Assembly (NCBI RefSeq): GCF_009914755.1 | Contig: NC_060935.1 | Length of the DNA stretch: 64,000 nucleotides | Source: the human T2T-CHM13v2.0 reference genome, Homo sapiens | Direction: 5' to 3' (one strand) | Part shown: one piece after another, positions 16,298-30,876 of the stretch | How the letters are laid out: every line of letters begins with the position of its first letter | Numbering within the stretch: position 1 is the stretch's first letter | Made by a program: the position numbers and the translations under genes | The notes under the pieces: generated by a model | The model's database searches: none | Told to the model about the DNA's origin: nothing | Seen by the model: the letters and a program-made list of their open reading frames with translations, nothing else

Positions 16298-16543
16298 GGC
16301 CAGGCACGGTGGCTGACACCTGTAACCTTAGCACTTTGGGTGGCTGAGGTGGGCAGATCACTTGAGGTCAAGAAGCTCTAGACCAGCCTGGCCTGGTCTA
16401 GTAGAGATGGTGAAACCCCATCTCTACTGAAAATACAAAAATTAGCCCCAAGTGGTGGCATATGTCTGTAATCCCAGCCATTTGGGAGGCCGAGGCAGGA
16501 GAATTGCTTGAGCCTGGGAGACAGAGTGAGACTCTGTCTCAAA
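16298..16543 (+). mobile_element. Rearranged AluS (right-arm deletion, fold-back insert) inside a MER5-like relic
   Basis: TSD aaggtcatgcattttggg/aagatcatgcattttggg; right arm jumps ttgagcctgg|gagacagag. Confidence 0.9.
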
Positions 16544-16701
16544 AGATCATGCATTTTGGGAAACACTGGACTAGCCCTAGAAAAAACAGTGGATTATCCA
16601 TGCAGGCTTTTTAACCAAATATCTTCTGAATACCAGGGCTTGGTTTATAATAGTGAGCCACCGTGTCCGGCCCAGATGGGTTTTTAAAAATTATCTTTAT
16701 T

Positions 16702-16992
<291 letters not shown>

Positions 16993-17240
16993 TCTTTATT
17001 ATGAAATTAATATAAATGATATCTTTTAATGATGATTCTTAAAGAGGCAATAGACTGAAGAGGATGTTCTAATTAGTCTTCTTCTTCTTCTTCTTCTTCT
17101 TTTTAAGCCTTTTAAATGATGAGGAAGGAGGAAAATGGGCTTAGGTTCTACCAGAAGAAATTTAGATTTTAGTTGGCCATCTGGATGACCTTTGTAGTAA
17201 TTAAACAGTCAGATTGGGTCATTCCTTCAGCAGATAAATA

Positions 17241-17601
17241 AATAAATACATATATTTCTAACTTTTATTTTAAGTTCAGGGGTGCAAGTGAACGTTTGTT
17301 ACATAGGTAAATTTGTGTCATGGAATTTTGTTTTACATATTATTTCATCACCGAGGTATTAAGCCTAGTACCCATTATTTTTCCTGATCCTCTCCCTCCT
17401 CCCACCTTCCACCCTCCGAAAGGCCCATGTGTATGTTGTTTCCCTCTATGTGTCCATGTTCTCATCATCTATTATAGTTCCCACTTATAAGTGAGAACAT
17501 GTGGTATTTGGTTTTCTGTTCCTGTATTAGTTTGTTAAAGATAATGGCCTCTAGTTCCATCCATGTTCCTGCAAAGGACATGATCTTGTTCTTTTTTATG
17601 G
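17241..17601 (-). mobile_element. 5'-truncated L1P 3'UTR fragment
   Basis: Antisense L1 3' end; TSD agcagataaata 17229-17240 / 17602-17613. Confidence 0.9.
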
Positions 17602-17690
17602 AGCAGATAAATATTCATTGTGTGGTGATTATATGCTAGGCCCTGTGCTGGGTATGAGAATATAGTGATGAGCAAGAAAGCCATGGTCTC

Positions 17691-18600
17691 AAAGTTCTGA
17701 TATCCGGAATCTACAAGCAAGTTAAACAAATTTATAAGAAAAAAAATCATCAAAAAGTGGGCAAAGGATATGAACAGACACTTCTCAAAAAGACATTTAT
17801 GTGGCCAAGAAACATATGAAAAAAGCGCAACATCACTGATCTTTAGAGAAATGCAAATCAAAACCACAGTGGAATATCATCTCATGCCAGCCAGAATGGC
17901 GATTATTAAAAAGTCAAGAAACGATAGATGCTGGTGAGGCTGTGGAGAAATAGGAACACTTTTACACTGTTAGTGGGACTCTAAATTAGTTCAACCATTG
18001 TGGAAGACAGTGTGGCAGTTCCTCAAGGATCTAGAACCAGAAATACCATGTGAGCAATCCCATTACTAGGTATATACCCAAAGGAATATAAATCATTCTA
18101 CTATAAAGACACATGGACACATATGTTGAATGCAGCACTATTTACAATAGCGAAGACATGGAACCAACTCAAATGCCCATCAGTGACAGACTGGATAAAG
18201 AAAATGTGGTACATACACACCATGGAATACTATGCAACCAAAAAAGGAATGAGATCATGTCCTTTACAGGGACATGGATGAAACTGGAAGTCATCATCCT
18301 TAGCAAACTAACATAGGAACAGAGGACCAAACACCACATGTTCTCACCCATAAGTGAGAGTTGAACAATGAGAACACGTGGACACAGAGAGGGGAACAAC
18401 ACACACCAGGACTTGTTGCGGGGGGTGGGAGGCAAGGGGGAGGGGAAGCATTAGGACAAATAGCTAATGCATATGTGGCTTAAAACCTAGATGATGTGTT
18501 GATAGGTACAGCAAACTACCATGGCACATGTATACTTATGTAAGAAACTTTCACATTCTGCACACATATCCCAGAACTTGAAATAAAACAAACAAACAAA
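17691..18600 (+). mobile_element. 5'-truncated L1P (ORF2 end + 3'UTR + A-rich tail)
   Basis: 17-bp TSD aagaaagccatggtctc 17674-17690 / 18601-18617. Confidence 0.95.
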
Positions 18601-18617
18601 AAGAAAGCCATGGTCTC

Positions 18618-19700
18618 TATCTCTGCTGGTCTGGCAGAAGACACAGACATTATATAAGCAGATCCAAAAAGTGTTACAGGAGCCGGCTATGGGGGCACTA
18701 ACCTGGTTCAGGGGCTTAAGGAAGGTTTTCTGGAAGAAGCAACATTTAATCCAAGATGTGGAAGAAAAGTAGAAGATGATGATGTTCATAATGGTAATAA
18801 GATGTAATGTTTATTAAAAAGCTTACCATGTACCAGGTACTTTTCTAAATATCTTAATTGACTCATTTAATCTGCACATAATGTAATAAGGTAGATCCTA
18901 TTAATATCTCTGTTTTAGTAAAAGAGAGCTAAAATATAGAGAGGTCAAGCAGTTTACCTAAAGTCACATAGTAAGTGGAGGAGCACCTGGGCTTTGAACT
19001 GAAGTCTGTCTCCTCAATTTCCTCTCTTAGCCACTATGCTAAACGGCATTGATAAATTAGAGATGGGCAGGTGAGGGGTGTTGGAGGACAGGGGACTATT
19101 TCAAGCAGTGAGAACACCTTGGGTGAAGACCTTGAGGAAACTGAGACCATTTCAGGAAGTTTTTCTAAAAGAAGGTTGAGAGAGCTGGGGCTGAGAATCC
19201 TGAGAGGAGAGAGGCAATAGATAAGACTAGAGAAATGTAGGCAGGGGGCCAGATCCCACAGGCCCTTGAGTCTACAGTAAGAGTTTGTTTATCCTAAGGA
19301 CAGTGGGAAGTCGTTGAAAGATTTTAAGCAGTAGAGTGTCATGATCAAGTTTGTACTTAGGACAGTTTACTCTGGCATTTTGGAGAATGGATGTGGAGGT
19401 AGCAACTCAGGAGGTTGGGAGACCAGCAGGAGACTGGTGATGGTAAACCAGGCATTGGGTGGTGGTGGCTTGGATTAAGGAAACTGAGACAGGGACTGGG
19501 AGAGGGAGTCAGACAAGAAAGAGATAGGAGGTAAAGTTATGGGCCCTTGTCATAAACTTATGATTGTGGGGCTGAGGGAGACAGCAGAGTCCAAAAGGAC
19601 TGTGAGGGGTCTGAGCTCTGGGCACTGACATAAAACACTAAGAGAGATCAGGCTTTGGGAAGAAAATAATGAGGTTGATTTCTGACAGGTTCTATGTGGA
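18618..19700 (-). mobile_element. L2 remainder with nested MIR (~18790-19040)
   Basis: L2 motifs (gggaagtcgttgaaagattttaagcag) and MIR motifs (cctaaagtcacatagtaagtgg). Confidence 0.6.
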
Positions 19701-21060
19701 TATCAGGCAGTCTTACTGTAGATTCGCACCAAGCTGAGCCTAAGTCCTTTGGTCTAGCCATCATTTAAGTTGTTCTAAATTAGATGCTATATTTTATAGT
19801 CTACAGAAAAGTGTGGTGCCTCAGCAATGTAATAGTTTAGGAAAAGGAAAATGTTATTTTTTAATAAGTTGAGTGTATTCCATGTAGCACATTGTGCTAT
19901 AGTTGGGTCAATCCGTTTGCTATTTTCTCTTTGGGCAGAAAGTATAGTGGAAAGAACGGGTACAGGATTATCACAGGACCTGAGTTCATATCTCATCTTC
20001 CCACCTTTGGCACTTATTAGTGTGGAATCTTTGATCAGCTATTCTGTTTTTTTCCATCTATCAAATGTGTTCAAAAATCCCCACTTTGTCTAAGATATTA
20101 AGAGTCTTTGGAAGCGTGGTAGAAAGTACAAAGCATTATGCACATACAAGGCACTGGGCCTTTTCCCCTCTTCACCTTTCAATTAGAAACCTAGAAATAG
20201 AATTGCCCTATGAGTTGATCAGCTTGTGTGAGGTTCACATTGCTTCAAGATTTATTTTGGGGTCTGTTGCAACTTTGTTGTGATCAACACCTGAGTCTCT
20301 TGATGTGATTATCTAATATATATCAATTTTAGAACATACCTAAAACAGATTTTTTAAAGCAATTTTTGTTAATGTAAGCTTGTTTCTAAATTAAAAGTTA
20401 AACTAATGTAACCACTAATTGTATTTTAAAGAGATGCCTTAAGCTTCAACTTTATTTTTAACATATACAAAAGGTATGTATGGTTAGTTACTACAGTGGA
20501 TTAAAGATATAGTTAAATTATTGCTAGTGAAGTATCATTTCAACTATGGTATAATTGGAAGACTTTCATAGCTTGACATAACTGTTTAAAGTCTCATTAT
20601 TTTATTATAAGCATTATTATAAGAGATTATTATAAGTTCCTGTCATTTCTCACTCAATACCCCACTGTTCCCATCTCATGCTAAAAGATATTTAGAGTTC
20701 TTTTTCTTTAGCTTAAGGCTTTTTATTATTCTCTTTTTTCATTTTTTCCTCTGGGGAAGTGAGAAAGGAATGTTCTCATTTTTATTTAAGCTAGATTCTG
20801 ATGAATTATGATGTTAATGAGATAATAGTACCTTTTAGATATCTGTAGCAAAAGTATCATCTTTGAAATGAGGAAATATTTTCCAGAATATACTTTGAAT
20901 CAATTTTTAAAAAATACTAAGGAGTATATATCCAAATCTTCTAGTAATTTTAGCTCCAAAATATGTATATTTGAAAATTGTGAATTACTTTTTGTTTTTT
21001 TCAAATTGTTTGTTAATGTTACTGCAAATGGAGACATTTATTTTTCTCTTCTCTTGTGTT

Positions 21061-21599
21061 CCTATTTTAGTTTGGGTTCTCCCAAAATCAGATGTTGAGA
21101 CACATTCAAGTTCAGTTTATTTGAAAGGTGATCCCAAGAAACACCAGTAGGGAGGAGATAGAGAAGGGAATTCAGCCAATTTGGCCAGAAATCTAATAAT
21201 CCGATCAAAAAATGGGCAGAAGATTTGAATAGACATTTCTCAGGACATACAAATGACAAACAGGCATATGAAAAAGGTGCTCAACATCACTGATCATCAG
21301 AGAAATGCAAGTCAAAACCACAGTGAGATATCATCTTACCCAGTTATGGCTTATATCCACAGGACATTATCAAGCACTGTGGCCCACTGGAGCTTTAGCC
21401 CACACAATAACTCTGGAGCTAGAGCAGAACTCAAGTTTCAGGGTTATCTTATCTGAGGGGCTGGGAAGTTTGGGTATTTATACACCAGTGGCCTTAGTCA
21501 CTGGATGAAGGCTGTTGATGGGGAGGAGCATGAGTTCCCTAGGACTTCTAGTCTACCGTGTACTTGGCATTGCTGGCTTCAGCCACCAGAAAAAGTCCT
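21061..21599. mobile_element. ERVL LTR16-like element (continues ~25454-25525), interrupted by L1 inserts
   Basis: gggttctcccaaaatcagat...gtttatttgaaaggtgatcccaagaaacacc resembles LTR16. Confidence 0.5.
21189..21359 (+). mobile_element. Internal L1MA fragment without tail
   Basis: Reverse complement of ~22422-22600 at roughly 85-90% identity. Confidence 0.85.
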
Positions 21600-24109
21600 A
21601 ATTTATTTATTTATATATATTTTTTTAATTTGTAATTTTTGTGGGTACACAGTAGGTATATATATTTTTGGGGTACATGAGATATTTTGATACAGGCATG
21701 CAATGAGAAATAATCACATCATGAAGAATGAGGTGTTCATCCCCTCAACCTTTTATCTTTTGAATTACAAACAAAAATGTACAATTAAGTTATTATTGAC
21801 TACAGTCGCCACATTGTGCTGCTATCAAATGGTAGGTCTTAATCATTCTATTTTTTTTTTAACCCATTAACCATCCGCACCTCCCTCCCAGCCCCCCACT
21901 ACCCTTCCTAGCTTCTAGTAACCATCCTTCTACTGTCTGTCCATGAGTTCAATTGTTTTGAGTTTTAGAGCCCATAAGTAAGAGAACACACAATGTTTGT
22001 CTTCTATGCCTGACTTATTTCACTTGATACATGATCTCTAGTTCCATCCATGTTGTTGTAAATGACTGGATCTCATTCTTTTTTATGGCTGAATAGAACT
22101 CCATTGTGTATATGTACCACATTTTCTTTATCCATTCATCTGTCGATGGACACTTAGGTTGCTTCCAAATCTTAGCTATTGTAAACAGTGCTGCAGCAAA
22201 CATAAGAGTGCAGATATCTCTTAGATATATTGATTTCCTTTATTTTGAGTATATACCCAGCAGTGGGATTGCTGGATCAAATGGTAGCTCAATTTTTAGT
22301 TTTCTGAGAAAGCTCCAAACTGTTCTCCATAGTGGTTGTACTAATTTATATTCCCACCAACGGTGTACAGGGGTTCCTTTTTCTCCACATCTTTGCCAGC
22401 ATTTGTTATTGCCTGTCTTTTGGGATATATGCCATTTTAACTGGGATGAGATAATATCTCATTGTAGTTTTGATTTGCATTTCTCTGATGATCAGTGATG
22501 TTGAGCACCTTTTCATATGCCTGTTTGACATTTGTATGTCTTCTTTTGAGAAATGTCTATACACATATTCTGCCCATTTTTTGATCAGATTATTAGATTT
22601 TTTCCTGTAGAGTTGTTTAGGCTCCTTATATATTCTGGTTATTAATCCCTTATCAGATGGGTAGTTTGCAGATATTTTCTTCCATTCTGTGGGTTGTCTC
22701 TTCACTTTGATTGTATCCTTTGCTGTGCAGAAGCTTTTTAAGTTGATGTGATCCCATTTGTCCATTTTTGCTTTAGTTGCCTGTGCTTGTAGGGTATTGC
22801 TCAAGAACTTTTTGCCCAGACTAATGTCCTTGAGATTTTCTCTAATGTTTTCTTGTGGTAGTTTCATAGTTTGAGGTCTTAGACTTAAGTCTTTAATACA
22901 TTTTGATTTGATTTTTGTATATGGCAAGAGATAGGGGGTCTAGTTTCATTTTTCTACATATAACTATCCAGTTTTCCTAGCACCATTTATTCAAGAGACT
23001 GTCTTCAGTATATTCTTGGCACCTTTGTTGAAAATGAGTTCACTGTAGGTGTGCAGATTTGTTTCTGGATTCTCTATTGTGTTGCATTGGTCAGTGTGTC
23101 TGCTTTTATGCCCATACCATGCTGTTTTAGTTATTATACCTCTGTAGTATAATTTGATGTCAGGTAATGTGATTCTTCCAGTTTTGTCCTTTTTGCTTAG
23201 GATAGCTTTGACTTTTCTGGGTCTTTTGTGGTTCTGTATAAATTTTAGGATTGTTTTTTCTATTTCTGTGTAGAACATTATTGGTATTTTGATAGGGATT
23301 ACATTGAATTTGTAGATTGCTTTGGGTAGTATGGACATTTTAACAATATCAATTCTTCCAATCCATGAACATGGAATATCTTCCAATTTTTTGGTGTCCT
23401 CTTTAATTTCTTTCATCAGTGTTTTATAGTTTTTATTATAGAGATCTTTTACTTCTTTGGTTAATTCCTAGGCATTTAATTTCATGGGTGGCTATTATAA
23501 AGGGGATTACTTTTTAATTTCTTTTTCACATTGTTCACTGTTGGCATATAGAAATGCTACTTATTTTCGTATTTTGATTTTGTGTCTGCAACTTTACTGA
23601 ATTTGTCTATCAGTTCTAATATTAATAGTTTTCTCATGGAGTCCTTTGCTTTTTCCAAATATAAGATTACATCATCTCCAAACAAGGATAATTTGACTTC
23701 TTCCTTTCCAATTTGGATGCCCATTATATCTTTCTCTAATCCAACTGCTCTAGCTAGGACTTCCAGTACTATGTTGAATAACAGTGGTGAAAGTCAGCAT
23801 CTTTGTCATGTTCCAGATCTTAGAGGAAAGGTTTTCAGTTTTTCCCCATTCTGTATGATGCTGGCTGAGGGGCTGTTGAGGTATGTTCCTGCTATACCCA
23901 GTTTTTTGAAGGTTTTTATCATGAAGGGATATTTAATTTTATCAAATGCTTTTTCAGCATTAATTCATTTAATTCATTAAATGAATATGTGGTTTTTATC
24001 CTTTATTCTGTTGATATGATGTATCACATTCATTGATTTGTGTATGTTGAACCATCCTTGCATCCTAGGGATAAATCCCACTTGGTCACGGTGGATGATC
24101 TTTCTAATG

Positions 24110-24336
24110 CAAGCTTGTCCAATCTGCGGCCAATGGGCCACATGTGGCCCAGGATGGCTTTGAATTGTGGCCCAACACAAATTTCTGAACTTTCTAAAAC
24201 ATGAGATTTTTTTTGCAATTTTTTTTCTTTTTTTTAAGCTCATCAGCTATTGTTAATGTTAGTGTATTTTATGTGTGGCCCAAGGTAATTCTCTTTCCAG
24301 TTTGGCCCAGGGAAGCCAAAAGATTGGACACCTCTG
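24110..24336. mobile_element. MER30 (hAT-Charlie MITE) nested in the L1MA
   Basis: Termini caagcttgtccaatc...gattggacacctctg; 8-bp TSD TTCTAATG 24102-24109 / 24337-24344. Confidence 0.85.
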
Positions 24337-24599
24337 TTCTAATGTATCATTGAATTCTGTCTGCTAGTGTTTTGTAGAGAATTTTTGCATCAGTATTCAT
24401 CAGAGATATTGGCCTGTAGTTTTCCTTTTTTTGTTGTTGTTGTTTTTTTTGTTTGATGTACCTCTGTCTAGTTTTGGTATCAAAGTAATACTGGCCTCAT
24501 AGAAAGTGTTTGGAAGTATTCCCTCCTCCTCTAGTTTTCAGAATAGTTTGAGAAGGATTGGTACTAGGTCATTTTTAAATATTTCTAATAGTAGAATGA

Positions 24600-24901
<302 letters not shown>

Positions 24902-25979
24902 AAACTTCTTTAAATATTCTAATAGTAGAATTCAGTAGTGAACCCATCCAATCCTGGGCTTTTCTTTAGTGGGAGACTTTTTATTACAGCTTCTGTGTCA
25001 TTTCTTGTTATTGGTCTGTTTAGGTTTTGGATTTTTTTCTGGTTCTATCTTGGTAGGTTGTATGTGTCTAGGAATTTGTCCATTTCTTCTAGATCTTCCA
25101 ATTTATTGGCATATAGTTACTCATAGTAGCCACTTATGATTCTTAGAATTTCTGCAGTATCATTTGTAATGTTTCCTTTATCATTTTTTATTTGTATCTT
25201 TCTTTTTTTTCTTAATTAGTCTGGCTAAAGGTTTATTAGTTTTAACTTTAAAAAAAGAACAACTTTTTGTTTCATTGATCTTTTGTATTTTTTTTCCATT
25301 TCCATTTCATTTATTTCTGCTCTGATCCTTATTTTTTATTTTCTTCTGCTAATTTTGGGTTTGGTTTGCTCTTGCTTTTCTAGTTCTTTAAGATGCATTG
25401 TTAGATAGTTTATTTGAAGTTTTTCCTCATTTTTGATGTTGGCACAAAGTCCTTGGGCAAAGAGATGCATTTGGAATGTGCTCCCCAGTGGTATGGTCAG
25501 AGGAGATATGGGCAAGGCACCACTAGCTTAGCTGTAATTCCCATCACAATATTTGCATTAGATTTCATTTTCTTTAAGCAAAGCAACAAAGTAAGCCTGA
25601 CGAAAAGGTAGAAAAGGACTTAATTCCAGGAGATAATTTTAAAAATATAGTAGATTAGAGGCATAAGTTGATGTAGTTGATGTATACTTTCTTTGTGAGT
25701 AAAGTTTCTGCAACCTCTCAGGGTAGTTGATGGATTAGCCTGTTTTAGGTATTTTCAGTAAATAAAAATGACTGCTGACTAAATACTGAACGAACCTTGT
25801 AGGTTTGTGTTTGTGATAAAGTATGAATTAATCTCTTGTTTATAGTTTAATTCTCATCTACTGAATGGGAGATGATTTCCACATGGTCTCCTCAGTACAG
25901 GGTGACTGCAACACTTGGGGAAGATGTGGCAGATACAGTTGGTTGCTTGTTGACAGAATCCCACATTTGTATAGGTACT

Positions 25980-26425
25980 GTGTAATCATATGCTTCAGGA
26001 AAAGTTGACCAATCTTGATTAGCTTAAGCTTATTTTGATTTCTTTCCTCTTGCTAGTGGTTGGTTTAGGAGCATGCATATCGCAGTTCTGGACAATGAGA
26101 TATGAGAGGAGATTTGCTGGAGGGAGAGATTCTGAGAAGGCTTTCCGAGCCTTAAGAAGAGGTAGAAGAAAGGGTGTTATTATGTGAGGATGGGATGGAT
26201 ACCTGTGGCCACCTTGAAGACCAGACAGAATAAACTGGGGAAAGAACCAACACACTGAGGATCACAGAGAAGAAAGATGGAAAGCTTCTGGGATCTTGAT
26301 GCTATCCCTGACCCACTCAGTTTGCCCACTCTGGAAGTACCTGAATGTTTCCTGTTACTTTGAGATAAAAATTCCATTTTTTAAGGATATTTCTGTCAGT
26401 TTCAGCTGAAAGCGTCCTAAGCTAC
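25980..26425 (+). mobile_element. MLT1 (MaLR) LTR relic
   Basis: agttctggacaatgagatatgagaggagatttgctgg and end cagctgaaagcgtcctaagctaca. Confidence 0.6.
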
Positions 26426-27150
26426 AGATTCAGTAGAAAAGGAGGGAAATTTTCTTGTTTCAAATGAAATTTTATAATTGATTTAAATAAAGTCCAATGG
26501 GTTTTGGGTGAACTTAATTTATTGCTATTCATTTGAATACAGACATGGATGAAAGGAAAAGACTTTTGTATGGGATATGGTTGCAAGTCTTACTGAATAA
26601 ATAAAGTCTCATTCCTGATTATGCTGGTTATTGAGTTCTTGTCCATATCAGGTAGTTAAATTATTTTAGTGCCCAGGTTTATACTTTATAAAACCAAAGA
26701 GTAGAGGTATGTGGGAATTGTCTTATTACCATTATTCTTTGAGAACTATTAACAAATGATTCAGGAATATTGGATTTTCAATTAACTTGAAGTAAGTTTC
26801 TTGGGATGATCTGCTTTTAGTTACTCTAAATATTTTTAGCAAGTACCTGGTAATCTGGGAGACTGTGGCCCAAAGTAGTTCAACTGAATTTGAAAAGGAT
26901 CAGGACTGGCTATGAAGTGAGGCTGAGTGGGTACATCTATATGTGGATACGTTACTGTCCTTTGTGCATATTTCTTTCTAATTACGTTCCAAATCCAATA
27001 AGAAGTCAATTGTATTCATCATCCTGGGGGTATCATCTTAACTCTGCCATTTTTCCATATTAATGTATTAAGTATAAAGGTTGTGAAATCCATTTCAGAT
27101 GCTCCTGGTTTGGGAAGTATAAGGTTACAGATTCAATGGCATTTAAATTT

Positions 27151-27383
27151 CTTTTTTTCCTCTCCTTTTTTTTTTTTTTTTTTTTTTTTTTGAGATAGGG
27201 TCTTGCTCTGTCACCCAGGCTGGAATGCAGTGACATGCTCACTGCAGTCTTCACCTCCCCGGCTCAAATAATCCTTCCCACCTCAGCCTCTCTAGTAGCT
27301 GGAACTGCAGGTGTATGCCATCTTTCCCGGTTAATTTTTGTATTTTTTGTAGAGACAGGGTTTCACTATATTGCCTAGGCTGG
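27151..27383 (-). mobile_element. AluJ, 5'-truncated
   Basis: Antisense right arm plus part of left arm. Confidence 0.9.
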
Positions 27384-27644
27384 TAGATTTCTTTATTTTT
27401 AAAATAGAAATGGTGGGGAAATGTACCATCCAGGTCACTGAAAAGCTGGAGCAAAGATGTATGGAACTCAGGGACATGGACTCTACTTTGCATCCCTGGT
27501 GGGGTGGGGGTGTGTCCTTACTGATGTAGACTTTAAGAACCATGAGAGCCTGATGTGTGTGTATAAATATGGCTTTAAAAAAGAAGACAGAGATTGTTTA
27601 TCTTTAATAGCAGTAATATAAGGCCGAAGTCTAAAAGGACTCTA

Positions 27645-27964
<320 letters not shown>

Positions 27965-28092
27965 TCAGTCTGTGAAGACTTTGGTCATACACTATTGCTT
28001 GGGGTTTAAGGGAAGCTGCCTTTTTGGTTGGGGGTATCCTTTCTGATAAAAGAGATTCAGTAACTTAGTCAAGCTTTGCTCTGTGAATGAAG

Positions 28093-28094
<2 letters not shown>

Positions 28095-28138
<44 letters not shown>
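28095..28138. repeat. (GT)n microsatellite, ~22 units
   Basis: Perfect GT run. Confidence 0.97.
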
Positions 28139-28139
<1 letters not shown>

Positions 28140-29243
28140 GTGGGGGGTGGGTGTGCATTCTTTTCCTGCCTTCTGGTTTTATAGGAGAAATACTCATTGG
28201 GTCTTGGAAAGACGACACTTCCTGTGTTTAAGGTACAGTATTATGCTGACTAGTAAAATAATCTTAATTCTTTGATAATGGGCCAAAGGCAAGTACAAGA
28301 TGAATAGGAAAGCTATTATTACAGGTTTTAATTTTGAAAATTTTATGCCTCTTTTTCTATTTTTTGTTATATTTTTATATTACTGTCATTTCTGCCCCTT
28401 TTTTGGTACTGATGCCTCATATCAGGGATATGACATATACCATAGATATATCATCAAGAGTAAGATATAACATCAGAGAAGTTATATCGTCTATTCTTAG
28501 GTTCTCTCCACACCCCATAGTTATTCTTTTATTTAACTGATTCAATAAATTAATTGATCACCACTGGTATGTCAGACACTTTGCAATGCCTAGGGGCGTA
28601 GCAGTGAACAAAATGGGCAAAGTCTTTGCTCTCATGGAGCCTGCATTTTAATGAGGAAAGATGGACAATAAGCAGACATTTGGTAAGTTTGGTGGTGAAA
28701 CGTACTAAGAAGAAAAATAAAGTAGATGATAGAATAATAGAGGAGGATAGAGAGGAAGTTTGTATCCCTGCTTCTTTGCATAGGATGATGGTTAGGGAAG
28801 ATTTTCTCGATACGTTGACATTTAGACTGAGACCTGAATGGAATTTCTTTACTCCACTCCAACCATACTGGCCTCTTTGCCATTCCTTGTGTATTTACAG
28901 CACAAACTTTGTACTAATTTATCCCTTTGCCTAGAATACTCTTCTGAGAGATAGTCACAATTTAAATAAGTAGGGAAAAGGATTGGGAGTTATCAGTTGT
29001 GTTACCAGGCAAATGGAATTCCCTCTTCTATTAGAAGTGCAGAGGATGGGTCTGGCAGCCATTGAATTGTGTAGAATTATGGTTTCTTTAGTGAATCACT
29101 TCTAAAATAACATGCATAATTTGTTTAAATATACATGATGTTTAGGATAATTTTTTTGAAGACTTAATTAATCTCACCTGTTATTTTTCCCGCACTTGTT
29201 ACTTTACAAAAATTAAAGTGGACTATCTAACAAAAAACTAAGT

Positions 29244-29555
29244 TGTCTTGGTCAGTTTGGGCTGCTGTGACAGAATACTATAGACTAGATGGCTGAAACA
29301 AAACAAATTTATTGCTAAAAATTCTGGAGGCTGGGAAGTCCAAGATCAAAGCTTCTGATGTCAGGTGAGGGATTTTTCCTGGTTTGCAGATGGCTGTCTT
29401 TCATTGTATCTTCACATGCTTGTGTCTTTTTTTGTAAGGGCATTAATCCCATTAATAATTACCTCCCAAAGGCCCCACCCGCAGATACCATCACATTGGA
29501 GATTTAAGCTTCAACGTATGAATTTGGGGGGATGCAAACATTCAGTCCCAGAGCA
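29244..29555 (-). mobile_element. MLT1A/MST-type MaLR LTR
   Basis: ttctggaggctgggaagtccaagatcaa...aaacattcagtcccagagca. Confidence 0.8.
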
Positions 29556-30534
29556 TAAGTTATAATATTTTGTCAGTTGACCTAATAAAACATGATATCC
29601 TGGGTAACAGCATAGAGGTAATCACATTACTTTTAACACAAATAAAAGCTTGGAAAGCTTTTTGGTAAGCTGAAGAGGAATAACAGTTTTATTCTAATGC
29701 AATTTTTAAAACAACAATAAGCTATTGTTTTACACATCTCTCTGAAAACTATACATTTATTGACTTTATCTAGAAGGGCAGTAACTATGTATCTCTTTAT
29801 TAATCTTTCTCCTAAACATACTGAAAATATTTTGCAGTACACCCTTAGGACTTGTTAGGTTTATAAAGAAAAGGCAGCTGTGAATGAAATGCTGAATTGC
29901 ATCCCCCATTGGATCAACTCTAAAATAATTATGCAAAAAATAAGAATAACCCCATTTTTGCTGAACATATAAATTTTATCATTGCAAAAGAACTGAATAG
30001 TTCAACACCACATTCTCATGGAGATGTCTTACTGGGACCGCAGTAGTTGGGTGTACTATTGTTGAAAAAGATAATTTCTATTTGTATGTAGGTTACTCTG
30101 TGCCTAAAATGGATCATTTCTACCATCGTATTTTATCTTCCTTGTTTTCCACCTCATCTTTTATTTATACTTCATAGATCATGATATTTGGAGCATATTT
30201 GGCTATTAGCCAATTAGTGCTTATCTTTTATAATGGTTTTCAAGGATAACAGAGATAAATTAAATTCCAAAATATTACTGAAACATCATTCCCAATAGCA
30301 ACTATAACCTTCTTCTCGCCCATGCTTTTTCTGGAACTATAGAACAGACCAAATGAGATTTCACCTTTTTTTTGTTTTTAAGCTAACTGTGCCCTCCAGT
30401 GGAGAAAACACAGGGCAGTGAAATAGCTCAGGTAAGAAGCAGCAGAGAGGAGAGGATGTAACACAGCCAGGTAAAGTTCAAGCTGCGTAGCTGTTTTCTA
30501 CATAAAAGAAAGAAATTGTTTTCACCCCTCATAA

Positions 30535-30876
<342 letters not shown>

